Of a DNA stretch of 32,000 nucleotides, positions 10,991-19,238 are shown piece by piece. Made by a program: the position numbers and the translations under genes. Within the stretch, counting starts at the first letter, position 1; each line of letters opens with the position of its first letter. The notes under the pieces are model-generated. The model was not told the DNA's origin and did no database searches. It was given only the letters and a program-made list of their open reading frames with translations. Location of the stretch: the NCBI GenBank assembly GCA_001029695.1, contig CP011211.1:30001-62000 (forward strand), written 5' to 3'. The stretch is from Candidatus Saccharimonadota bacterium. Lineage in GTDB: Bacteria > Patescibacteriota > Saccharimonadia > Saccharimonadales > Saccharimonadaceae.

Positions 10991-11053
10991 GGAGTGAGAA
11001 CGCTCCAAGTGCGGCACGTAGTGTGCCGCGTTTCCTTAGAGCGAACTCACTCC
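10991..11053 (-). other. 63-nt nested hairpin immediately 3' of the tRNA
   Basis: GGAGTGAG-AA-CGCTC ... GCGGCAC-gtagt-GTGCCGC ... GAGCG-AA-CTCACTCC gives 8 bp + 5 bp of outer stem enclosing a 7-bp hairpin. It starts 3 nt after the tRNA discriminator base. Confidence 0.5.
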
Positions 11054-11056
11054 TTG

Positions 11057-11132
11057 TCGGGCTGGCAGGATTTGAACCTACGACCACGGCTCCCCTTCGA
11101 GCACGTGCGCTACCGAGCTGCGCCACAGCCCG
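11057..11132 (-). tRNA. tRNA gene, Pro-like acceptor identity (C1:G72, A73); anticodon arm non-canonical and anticodon not assignable; no encoded CCA
   Basis: The minus strand reads CGGGCTG TG GCGC AGCTCGGTA GCGC A [CGTGCTCGAAGGGGAGCCG] TGGTC GTAGG TTCAAAT CCTGC CAGCCCG A. It has a 7-bp acceptor stem, a 4-bp D stem and a 5-bp T stem with a TTCAAAT loop. Confidence 0.7.
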
Positions 11133-11330
11133 TTTGTTGCTTCGAGGTGTGAGAGTTTTCTCGCCGTGAACGTCGTTGTTCACATTGATCAGAGATCCGA
11201 GAGAATACCATCTCGTATCTCACCAAGGTAAAGCAAGTAACTCTTTAAGCTAGCCGAAATGCTCCTACACAAAACAAAAAACCAACGAACTAGGAGCGCT
11301 AGTCTACTGTGTTTCTATCAATATCAATGA

Positions 11331-11345
11331 ACGCCCGAGGGGCGT
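11331..11345 (-). terminator. possible weak terminator after the helicase gene
   Basis: ACGCCC-gag-GGGCGT is a 6-bp GC stem 53 nt downstream of the stop at 11398. The minus-strand trailing sequence TCATTGATATTG is only moderately T-rich. Confidence 0.35.
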
Positions 11346-11397
11346 ACAGAAATATTTCTAGACACCACACCTCGAAGCATTGTCGATTATACTGTTT

Positions 11398-14300
11398 TTA
11401 AACTTCGTCGTCAAGGAGTGCTTGCTCAAAGGCCAAGATTCCTTTATAAGACTGACCATACTGACTTGCATCTGGTAGATCGAGAGTTGTGATTTTTTGC
11501 CAGACTTTTTGGATAAGTTGCGTGAAAGTTGCGAGTTCTTCACGATCAAAATGTGACTCAAGTGCAAGGATCTCTCCGGTCATTGTTGGCTCGACAAACT
11601 GCAATACACCCCTCTCGACTTGGTAATCACTATAGGTGCGAGAGTGCTCGACCATGAGCTTATAAAACATTAACTGTTGCCGATACTTATGAAGTTTAAT
11701 GTGGTCATATTCGGTCTTACCCTTCCAGTCTCGGGTGGCGTGTCCGGTTTTGTAATCAGTGACGATGATGGTTTTAGTGTCTTTATCGATAGTAAGTAGG
11801 TCGATCGCGCCACTGAGGTGCGCTTCTCCGATGATTGCATGTTCACCATTAAACCGCACTTCGGCTTTTTGATCAGTGGTGAAGTCGACATATTTTTTCC
11901 CCAGAAACGCCTGTAGGCTGTCGCTGCCCTTTTGTAGATATAGTTTGAAATCGCCGTCAGAGAGATGTTCTGCGATGAGGTTTTGTTCAAAGTCATGCAG
12001 TATGTCTTCAGGCGCGCGATGTTTTCCGGTCGCACTTAGATGGGCGTGTGCACGCTGCAGGGTCGCGTGAAATGCTGTGCCATACGATGATGCTGGGCTA
12101 GAGCCGCGCGGAAAGCGTAGCATATTTTGCAGCAGAAACATCTGCGGGCCACCGCGACTGACATCGAGAAATGCACTAAGGTCAGTCGCGCTGAGTTTGT
12201 AATGTTCAAGAGTTGGTGCGAGTAGCTCGCGTAGAGACTGGCTCGATAGGCTGACGAGTGGCTCGTACCATTGTTGCGTGGCGGACTGAACAAGTGTTTC
12301 GATCGTGTGGTTGAATTCTGGCGCTGTAGGTTGCCATAGATCGTCAGCTAAGAAGCTTGCTCTAAGTGTGTCTTTGCCGCTATCGTTGGCGCTACTGTAA
12401 CTGATGAGTAGCTGTCGCTTGGCGCGCGTCATAGCGACAAAAAATAGTCGTAGGCGTTCGTCAAAACTTCCCCCGCTAACAGCAAGTGGAAGGTTTTCTG
12501 GGTAGCCAATCATGCTACTCCGTGTTGCGACGCGCTCGCCCCAGGCGTTATCGACAGCACCGATTACATAGACAGTGTCAAATTCGAGTCCCTTTGATTT
12601 ATGTGCGGTCATGAGATTGACGGCATTGTCGAGCTTAGCACTTCTCCTTCGTACGCTTTCAATCGTCGATCCAAGTTGTCGGTTGAGTCGGATAAACTCG
12701 ATGAAGCTTTGAAGTTTTGGCGTTTCGTTTGGTCGGTATTCGCGTAGCTTGGTGCGGATTGTGCGAAGTGCCTCAAGATAGATAAGATACTGATCAGGCT
12801 GCTCGGCAAGGTTTTTAGCGCTGAAAAAGTATTCAAAGATTGGTGATATAAACGTACCTTCATCTTCACTGCCTGGTTCGGGTTGTTCCGACCCTATGAT
12901 GACATCAAGCATGAGCTCGAGTGGTAAATGAGAGAGCGCTTGCGACGAAGCGAGTAGCCAGTTATGTAGTGGAACAAAGCTCGGAGTTACTGCCATAACT
13001 TCTATCCAGCTCTGATGGTTTTGTTTTGCGTTGAGGCCAAGTCTCCATACGGCAACAGGGTCGATCGACCATGCAGGGTGTGCGAGGAGTTGCGGTAGTA
13101 GCGCATCGGCATCTTTGTAGCGCGATTCAAAGATCGCAATAATCAGCTGGCTTACGAGTTCTATGTGTGTGATAATCTCGAGATCAAGCACGTTGTCGCG
13201 GCGCTCATAGTTAACATTAATCCCAGCATGCGCAAGGTATGGAAGTAGTGCGGTGATTTCGTGATGTCTTCTTGCGAGTACTGCGATATCACTTGCGTTG
13301 ACGCCGTCATCGAGCTGCTCTTTTATGGAGCGAGCGAGCCACTCTCTTTCGTCGCCAGTATTCTCAAGCTCAATAAGTTCCACGGTACTTCGATCATCAG
13401 GCTTATGGGCTGTGAGGTTTTTGTCTAGTTCCGGGATGTGGTTTTCGAGACGGTCCGAGCCTTGTGTGATCACTTGTCGAGCATGAGAGAGGATGGTGGG
13501 TGCGCTTCGATAATTATCGACGAGCGTAATAAGTTTTGTTGTACTGTAGAGCTCACGGAAGTTGATGATATTGCCGATTTCTGCACCTTGGAAACTGTAG
13601 ATTGCTTGATCATCATCACCGACTACAAGTATATTCGGTTTACCTTCGTTTGCTGGATTGTCAGTTAAGTTATGCAAGATTCGCATTTGCGCCATGTTGG
13701 TGTCTTGGAACTCATCAACCATGATGTATTGCAGCTTTTCCTGTAGGTTGAAGCGAAGATCATCGAACACTTCCATCGCATGAACAACTCGTAGGATCAT
13801 ATCGTCAAAGTCGTATAGTTCAGCCTCTTGCATGCGAGCAAGGTATTGGTAATAAACTGCGCTGAGTGCCCGTAGCTTTACCTGACGTTCGCGCGACTTA
13901 AAGACGAAGTCTCCGTGTTCATTTTTTTTGAGCCACGTATTTTTCCATGCGGTGACAGATGTTGTTTTGCCTGTATCTGCAGCGACCTCAAGTGCCTGCT
14001 CGAGGCTTTCGGCAATGATACGTTGCAGGGGCACGATTGTGACGAGTTCGGTAGTCTCGTCAATGGTACGGATATGCTCAAGGATCGGCGCAAGCTGGCC
14101 AGGCGTTGATTTGCTGATTCGTGCAGCGAATACCTCGGCGAGTTGCGACTCAATCTTGTCTATGACGGCATCGTTGGCGTCAAGTACGGCTGTCAGTTCA
14201 TCGCTCGTGAGACCGCTTCGCTTGAGTTCACTGATTGTGCGAAGCGTATCGGAGAGATACGTGTATTCACCGTTCATCTTTTTTGCCAGTGGACTCGTAT

Positions 14301-14694
14301 ATTCAAGCTCGTCAAATATACCGCGGATAATCTCATAGCTGCTTAGCTCGTCGGCAGGTCGAAAGTTTGCTCCATGATAGAAATACTGGCCGTGCTGGTT
14401 TATAATCTCGGTGCCAAAACTGTGAAATGTATGAATCGCGACCTTGTAGGCGTCTTTTCCGATGATACTGACGAGACGTTCGCGCATAGCGCTTGCCCCA
14501 CTTTCGGTAAATGTGAGACATAGGATGTTTTCCGGGAGGACGTCTGTTCTTTTAAGTATGTTTGCTGCTCGCATACTCAGAAGCTCAGTCTTACCCGTAC
14601 CCGGGCCAGCGACAACCATGACCGGGCCGTCGATTGTATCTACGGCTTGTTTTTGCTGAGCGTTCAGTTTTTTGTAGCGAGTATCAAAATCCAT
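11398..14694 (-). CDS. UvrD/PcrA/AddA-type SF1 helicase fused to a C-terminal PD-(D/E)xK (RecB-family) nuclease
   Basis: 1098 aa. Walker A is AGPGTGKT and motif II is VDEFQDTN, with further blocks VGDDDQAIYSFQGA and NYRS. The C-terminal nuclease motifs are GTAFHATLQ, IDLL...IIVTDYKTG and the QxxxY-type YRQQLMFY. Confidence 0.9.
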   Translation of the reverse strand: MDFDTRYKKLNAQQKQAVDTIDGPVMVVAGPGTGKTELLSMRAANILKRTDVLPENILCLTFTESGASAMRERLVSIIGKDAYKVAIHTFHSFGTEIINQHGQYFYHGANFRPADELSSYEIIRGIFDELEYTSPLAKKMNGEYTYLSDTLRTISELKRSGLTSDELTAVLDANDAVIDKIESQLAEVFAARISKSTPGQLAPILEHIRTIDETTELVTIVPLQRIIAESLEQALEVAADTGKTTSVTAWKNTWLKKNEHGDFVFKSRERQVKLRALSAVYYQYLARMQEAELYDFDDMILRVVHAMEVFDDLRFNLQEKLQYIMVDEFQDTNMAQMRILHNLTDNPANEGKPNILVVGDDDQAIYSFQGAEIGNIINFRELYSTTKLITLVDNYRSAPTILSHARQVITQGSDRLENHIPELDKNLTAHKPDDRSTVELIELENTGDEREWLARSIKEQLDDGVNASDIAVLARRHHEITALLPYLAHAGINVNYERRDNVLDLEIITHIELVSQLIIAIFESRYKDADALLPQLLAHPAWSIDPVAVWRLGLNAKQNHQSWIEVMAVTPSFVPLHNWLLASSQALSHLPLELMLDVIIGSEQPEPGSEDEGTFISPIFEYFFSAKNLAEQPDQYLIYLEALRTIRTKLREYRPNETPKLQSFIEFIRLNRQLGSTIESVRRRSAKLDNAVNLMTAHKSKGLEFDTVYVIGAVDNAWGERVATRSSMIGYPENLPLAVSGGSFDERLRLFFVAMTRAKRQLLISYSSANDSGKDTLRASFLADDLWQPTAPEFNHTIETLVQSATQQWYEPLVSLSSQSLRELLAPTLEHYKLSATDLSAFLDVSRGGPQMFLLQNMLRFPRGSSPASSYGTAFHATLQRAHAHLSATGKHRAPEDILHDFEQNLIAEHLSDGDFKLYLQKGSDSLQAFLGKKYVDFTTDQKAEVRFNGEHAIIGEAHLSGAIDLLTIDKDTKTIIVTDYKTGHATRDWKGKTEYDHIKLHKYRQQLMFYKLMVEHSRTYSDYQVERGVLQFVEPTMTGEILALESHFDREELATFTQLIQKVWQKITTLDLPDASQYGQSYKGILAFEQALLDDEV

Positions 14695-14701
14695 TACTTC
14701 T

Positions 14702-14707
14702 ATTATA
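14702..14707 (-). promoter_or_regulatory. -10 box TATAAT, 7 nt upstream of the helicase ATG (leaderless-type)
   Basis: The minus strand reads TATAAT-agaagta-ATG. No SD lies in between. Confidence 0.4.
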
Positions 14708-14751
14708 GCCTCTTAAGGAGTAAAATACCCGTCAATCTCTAAGGCGCTGAT

Positions 14752-15834
14752 TTACTGTACGCTATCTTGTTTGGCAAATACAGAATTTTGCTCAACACTT
14801 AGGCGGCGAAGCTCGTTATGGAGATGGCTTTCAGAGGCGATACTTCGTATGTTAGGATTTTCCGCTAGCACGCGACTGACAGTTTCGAGTCGTCCGTGCC
14901 AGTTTTCGTGACTATCCTTGCCGACGCAATCGATATGGCATCCATTGTCATGAATCTGGAATGACTCATTTGGAAATGCCGCATTGAGGGGCTGCCATAC
15001 ATGAGCTTGCGCTAAGAAGTCTCCGTCGTACTGCTCCATGTGTCCAAATGTTGTTTCTGGTCGATTACGATAGTGCTTTCCGGTATCTCCGTTAGTAAGG
15101 CCATATATCGCTTGAGCGTGCGTATAGAGCCCTTCTTTTGATATATCGAGGGTTCGCGGGAGATACCACAGCGCCTTGAGGGATGTTTTTGCAATTGATT
15201 TGATTGCACGCAGTTCATTTGGAGCTTTAATGAGACCACGTAGCGCATCTCTGGTTACTCCATCGGCAAGACAAGGTACGATAGCGTCTGCATAGAGAAC
15301 AGTTCTATTGTAATTTATTGCTTGGTCGATCACTGACTGCTGGTTCATTCCTCCTTGAGATATGCCAGTGGTGATGACGAATCGAGGATCTCGGTCTAAT
15401 GACTCACTCTGCCAGTTAATCAGTTCATTTTGGTTACGTCCATTTTCAGTCACAGTAAACAGTCGGAAGAGGTTTTTTGGCGAACTGATAATACTGCCTT
15501 CTATGCCAAGCTTTCCGAGATGAATAAGACGACTGACATATATCCCCTCACCTCGCGTAAGCCATGCCGTTGCTTCGTAGCTTGCGATTCCGTCGAGACC
15601 TTTAGGGGTGTGTGAGAGTTTTGAGTAGGTTACATCGTACTGTGCGCCATCTTCAAATTCTACGGGACGCTTATAGATTGATATGCCCTGTCGGTCGTAC
15701 AGGGTCTTTTCGTTTGGATCGTGAATATCGGAGGTGACAGGATTGCGGTCAGTTTGAGACAAAAAAATCCCACTTTCGTGGGGCGTGGCTGATCTAAAAT
15801 TATATTCGGAAAACTGGTCGATTGCATGACTCAT
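14752..15834 (-). CDS. hypothetical protein, possible alpha/beta-fold hydrolase (GxSxG)
   Basis: 360 aa with no signal peptide. The nucleophile-elbow-like VITTGISQGGM (G-I-S-Q-G) lies mid-protein, with His-rich stretches near the C-terminus. An AGGAGAG RBS is present. Confidence 0.7.
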   Translation of the reverse strand: MSHAIDQFSEYNFRSATPHESGIFLSQTDRNPVTSDIHDPNEKTLYDRQGISIYKRPVEFEDGAQYDVTYSKLSHTPKGLDGIASYEATAWLTRGEGIYVSRLIHLGKLGIEGSIISSPKNLFRLFTVTENGRNQNELINWQSESLDRDPRFVITTGISQGGMNQQSVIDQAINYNRTVLYADAIVPCLADGVTRDALRGLIKAPNELRAIKSIAKTSLKALWYLPRTLDISKEGLYTHAQAIYGLTNGDTGKHYRNRPETTFGHMEQYDGDFLAQAHVWQPLNAAFPNESFQIHDNGCHIDCVGKDSHENWHGRLETVSRVLAENPNIRSIASESHLHNELRRLSVEQNSVFAKQDSVQ

Positions 15835-15864
15835 CTGTTTGTCTCTCCTGTGGTTTGTGCTCGA

Positions 15865-15893
15865 ATTATAGCCCTAATGGTTACACTTGTAAA
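15865..15893 (-). promoter_or_regulatory. sigma70-like promoter for the 14752..15834 gene
   Basis: The minus strand reads TTTACA, a 17-nt spacer, then TATAAT, followed by a leader of about 30 nt carrying AGGAGAG. Confidence 0.5.
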
Positions 15894-15895
15894 GC

Positions 15896-16459
15896 CTAAA
15901 GTGAAAGGCCATCCTCCATCTCTTGAATTGTTTCATCCGTCGCAATAATGAGAGTTCGTTCAGCAGCCTCGATTTCTATAAGTCGAGCCAATGCCGCTCC
16001 TGCGAGCGCTGCATTTGCTAGTCGTCTATTGACAATTACCGAGATTGTTTCTGCAGTGCGCGGATGCTTTTCTTCGAAAAATTCTCGCTCGTCATTGAAG
16101 ATCTGAAGCGTCCTGTCGAGCGATGTTAGCGCACTTAATGCTCCGTGGGCGCCCAAGATCGCTTGCTCTTTGTATGCTGGTGCGATCGGACGAACTGCTG
16201 CAGCAATCGCTTCGTACGCCATGATGCCTTCGTGAATACCCCGTACGGTACGCGTGTCGCTGAGGTTATTTTTGGCGATACTATTTAGTGTCTTGTGACT
16301 CAGTCCATATAGTAACGTCTGACTTTCAGCATAGCTATGAAAATTTACTAGGTCATGTTTGTTTTGAAATAGTTTTGCGAGAAGTGTTGCATTTTCGTCG
16401 GTTAGATCGTTAGCAGGAAAATCCATTTGCGGAGAGAGTCTTGTAATACGTTCACTCAT
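15896..16459 (-). CDS. hypothetical protein (187 aa, helical, cytoplasmic)
   Basis: Clean ORF with an ATG start and its own promoter directly upstream. No recognisable motif. Confidence 0.65.
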   Translation of the reverse strand: MSERITRLSPQMDFPANDLTDENATLLAKLFQNKHDLVNFHSYAESQTLLYGLSHKTLNSIAKNNLSDTRTVRGIHEGIMAYEAIAAAVRPIAPAYKEQAILGAHGALSALTSLDRTLQIFNDEREFFEEKHPRTAETISVIVNRRLANAALAGAALARLIEIEAAERTLIIATDETIQEMEDGLSL

Positions 16460-16468
16460 AGTACCACT

Positions 16469-16496
16469 ACTCTACTCTGCATTTTAATTTTGTCAA
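16469..16496 (-). promoter_or_regulatory. sigma70-like promoter, near-leaderless, for the 15896..16459 gene
   Basis: The minus strand reads TTGACA (perfect), a 16-nt spacer, TAGAGT, 9 nt, then ATG. Confidence 0.5.
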
Positions 16497-16543
16497 ATAA
16501 ATGAAGCTAAAAGTTTAAAAAATGTTAAACACTTAGTTTCACT

Positions 16544-16575
16544 GGCGAGACTCTCCGGTTAAGAAGAGTCTCGCC
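16544..16575. terminator. 11-bp perfect inverted repeat downstream of the lipoprotein gene
   Basis: GGCGAGACTCT-ccggttaaga-AGAGTCTCGCC lies 16 nt after the minus-strand stop at 16591. There is no clear T-run on the minus strand, and GTTTGTG follows on the plus strand. Confidence 0.4.
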
Positions 16576-16590
16576 GTTTGTGACACACTG

Positions 16591-17235
16591 TTAGTGTATG
16601 CAGAGATTGACTGCGGCAACTTTCGCACCCGGTTTTCCTGTCAGGTATTCGGGCGAAATCAGAAAGTCCTGACTTTTACCGATTGCAGAACTATCGATCC
16701 GGATCGGCGTGCCTGGGCTGTTGCCTTCGTCTGGGTGGCTGAGTACGGTTGCGCTACTGAAAGTAAAGAGAGGTCGACCACTGGGCGTGTCAAATGACAG
16801 CATGGTTTGAGCGTCCCTCGGAGATTGCCGGAGTGATATTTGTGTGCCGCTTTGGCCTATACTACTTCCATTGGGTACGGTTATGATTCCAGCTGGGCAT
16901 CGCTTTTCGCCCTCTCCGGTCGCCTCCACCCAGATGGCCACTGGCCGTGTTTCTACGGGCACTTCAGGTTGTTTTGCCGCTGAGGTTGTCGTAGGTTTTG
17001 CGGTTGTTGTCGTTGTTGAGGGTGGAGCCGTTGTCGACTTCACCGTTGTTTTTGGTGTTGTCGATGGGGTTGTCACTTTCGTCAACGACGGCGTTGTCGT
17101 GGGTTTTAGCGGTGTCGAGGATATCGTCCGAATATCGGTAATGCCGGGCTGTGCTTCGGTGGCACATCCTGAGAGTGCGAAGATCACCACTCCAGTCATA
17201 CCGACGAGAATTGCCCGAAATTGAAAACGACTCAT
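16591..17235 (-). CDS. lipoprotein with a Thr/Pro-rich linker
   Basis: 214 aa. The signal plus lipobox is MSRFQFRAILVGMTGVVIFALSG|C. A linker of about 55 aa is rich in T/P/S/K (TTTPSLTKVTTPSTTPKTTVKSTTAPPSTTTTTAKPTTTS), followed by a globular domain of about 115 aa. Confidence 0.8.
   Translation of the reverse strand: MSRFQFRAILVGMTGVVIFALSGCATEAQPGITDIRTISSTPLKPTTTPSLTKVTTPSTTPKTTVKSTTAPPSTTTTTAKPTTTSAAKQPEVPVETRPVAIWVEATGEGEKRCPAGIITVPNGSSIGQSGTQISLRQSPRDAQTMLSFDTPSGRPLFTFSSATVLSHPDEGNSPGTPIRIDSSAIGKSQDFLISPEYLTGKPGAKVAAVNLCIH
16957..17118 (-). repeat. low-complexity Thr/Pro codon repeats encoding the lipoprotein linker
   Basis: The plus strand shows reiterated gttgt/ggtgt/gtcg units (antisense of ACN/CCN codons). 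Confidence 0.6.
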
Positions 17236-17327
17236 TGTCAGTCCAATCTATGTCAATCTGCATAACGCATGGTGCGTCACATCTATATATTAAATCATAT
17301 TGTAGTCTAGGTGTCTATTAAAGTATC

Positions 17328-17843
17328 TTGAATCATGCTATACTACCACTAGCTATGAACGACGACATCTACGACGACCTGGCGCTTGAGCGTATTGCCA
17401 AAGAAAAGTTTGGGTTGGTTGTCGATATTGATAAAGTTGTCGCGCGTCAAATTCCTATTAGTCACACCGGTGAGGCGACGGTATTCCTGACAAAGAAAAA
17501 GCAGCTATTTGTATTTATCACGGCAAAGTCAAAGTTTGTACTAGGCGATGTGAAAAAAATCGTTTCTCGTATGGGGCTTCGCGCAGAGATATATCTCCCA
17601 CCAAAGGGTGAAGTGGATTATTTTGATGAAATTGGCCGTCAGCACTTCCGCAAGGTTTTCCCTGGACGACACAATCCTTCGCATGACGACATCATGTTTT
17701 ATCGTACACTCGCTCCTTATAACCCTGCAATGGTGCAAATCTTAGAGGTTAAAGACGGTGAGATTAAACAATTTGATACCGATGCAAGTAGCGGCTGGCG
17801 CACTGTTACGCGATTTGCGTATCGCCGTATAAAAACGAGTTAG
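17328..17843 (+). CDS. hypothetical protein
   Basis: 171-aa ORF from TTG 17328. ATG 17355 (MNDDIYDD...) is the more likely start, with an extended -10 TGcTATACT at 17336-17344 lying 10 nt upstream of it. A strong terminator follows. Confidence 0.65.
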   Translation: MNHAILPLAMNDDIYDDLALERIAKEKFGLVVDIDKVVARQIPISHTGEATVFLTKKKQLFVFITAKSKFVLGDVKKIVSRMGLRAEIYLPPKGEVDYFDEIGRQHFRKVFPGRHNPSHDDIMFYRTLAPYNPAMVQILEVKDGEIKQFDTDASSGWRTVTRFAYRRIKTS

Positions 17844-17860
17844 CATAATGCGCGCAAAGT

Positions 17861-17895
17861 AAACGCCGCCTACTCTAGTTGAGTAGGCGGCGTTT
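17861..17895. terminator. bidirectional Rho-independent terminator
   Basis: AAACGCCGCCTACTC-tagtt-GAGTAGGCGGCGTTT is a 15-bp perfect stem between convergent genes. Confidence 0.85.
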
Positions 17896-17925
17896 TGAAT
17901 GACTGTAATATATATTATAGCAAAA

Positions 17926-19230
17926 TTATGCTTTTTTGTCAAGAACGATAAGATGCTCGATATGCGGGGTACGAGGGAAGAAATTGTAGCCCTGGTGGTG
18001 ACGTATGCCGTACTTTTCAGCGAGGCGTGCGACGTCACGCGCCTGCGTGACGGGGTTGCATGAGAGGTAGATGATTCGCTCTGGCGCTGCTTCGAGAAGT
18101 TTTGTCACGACATCTTCATGGAGGCCTGCGCGTGGCGGATCGAGAATGATCGTACTATCGCTGGTAATGTGCTCGAGTGCCGTCTCGCTAGGGGCGAGGA
18201 TGGCTTTTGCTGTTTTTGCACGATCCATAGCAGTGATATTTCGTTCCATCTCTCGAACGGCATGCTCGTTGATCTCAACCATCGTTACGTTATCTCCGCC
18301 GATAGTTAGCCCGATACTGCCGACGCCACTGTAGAGGTCGACGGTTGGCTTGTTGCTATCTACCCACTCCTTCATATCGAGGAGTGCTTTTTCATAGACA
18401 GGAATATTGATCTGGAAGAAGCCTTCGACAGCGTACGTAAACGGAACGTCTAGGATTGAGTCAGTGAGTGTTGTCTCGCCCCATGCCTGAAGTCGCTTCG
18501 TGATAACACTTGCTGGGCTTTTCGGGTTGCTAAAGATGAGCTCAAAGCCAGCTATCTGGAAATCTTTTAGCTCTTGTTCGGTGAATGCGTCGAACATTTC
18601 ATCTTTGACGTACAGCTGAGCAGCAACATTGCCCTGCTGATCACAGCGTACTATGACAGTTTTCAAGTTAAATGCTTGTGTCTCGCGATTGCGGAGTGTA
18701 TCGCGGATCGCATGTGCGGCAGTGTTGATTGCTGGGTGTGCAAGGCTGGTTTTGTCGACAGGAATCTTGCCATGTGTGCCACGGCGGAAGAATGCAAGGT
18801 CGAGCTGCCCTACTTCTTTGTCCCACCAGAAGCTGTATTCAATTTTATTGCGGTATTCAAACTCACGATTATCGCTGTAGATACCAATTGGCTGCGGGAG
18901 GACGATGTCGTGCAGCTCAAATGCTTCCTCTATAAGCGCTGACTTGTAGTGCTGTTCTGCGTCAAACGTCATGATCTGCCATGGACTGGTTGAGAGATAG
19001 CTATCTTCGTCGCGAGGCTCAACACGCTGTTCGCTTGGAGTGATCACTTCAGTGACGACACCTTCAAGAAAGTTTGACTTCTTTTTGGTTACTTGTACAT
19101 TTACGGTTTCGCCAGGAAGTCCACCCCAAGCGAATAATTTCTTGCCATAGTCCAATGCGCCGAGTGTCTGGCCACCACCGACGATCTTGTCGAGCTTTAC
19201 CTCGACGATAGGGAGTTGTTTTTTAGTCAT
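17926..19230 (-). CDS. SAM-dependent RNA (uracil-5-)-methyltransferase, TrmA/RlmD (RumA) family, with N-terminal TRAM-like domain
   Basis: 434 aa with SAM motif DLYSGVGSIGL, ILDPPRAGL, the catalytic-Cys block IIYLSCNP, and C-terminal FFPRTPHIEHLIVL. The N-terminal beta domain is GETVNVQVTKKKSNFLEGVV. Confidence 0.9.
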   Translation of the reverse strand: MTKKQLPIVEVKLDKIVGGGQTLGALDYGKKLFAWGGLPGETVNVQVTKKKSNFLEGVVTEVITPSEQRVEPRDEDSYLSTSPWQIMTFDAEQHYKSALIEEAFELHDIVLPQPIGIYSDNREFEYRNKIEYSFWWDKEVGQLDLAFFRRGTHGKIPVDKTSLAHPAINTAAHAIRDTLRNRETQAFNLKTVIVRCDQQGNVAAQLYVKDEMFDAFTEQELKDFQIAGFELIFSNPKSPASVITKRLQAWGETTLTDSILDVPFTYAVEGFFQINIPVYEKALLDMKEWVDSNKPTVDLYSGVGSIGLTIGGDNVTMVEINEHAVREMERNITAMDRAKTAKAILAPSETALEHITSDSTIILDPPRAGLHEDVVTKLLEAAPERIIYLSCNPVTQARDVARLAEKYGIRHHQGYNFFPRTPHIEHLIVLDKKA

Positions 19231-19238
19231 TGCTATAT

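Noticed and set aside
10876-11183. ORFs 10876..11169 (+) and 10974..11183 (-) spanning the tRNA locus
   Set aside because: They read straight through a tRNA gene and a GC-rich nested hairpin. The open frames are explained by the RNA sequence.
10939-11397. tRNA-adjacent region examined as a possible integration site or mobile-element boundary
   Set aside because: There is no integrase, transposase or phage-like gene on either side. I saw no direct repeat of the tRNA 3' half elsewhere in the window. The check was by eye and not exhaustive.
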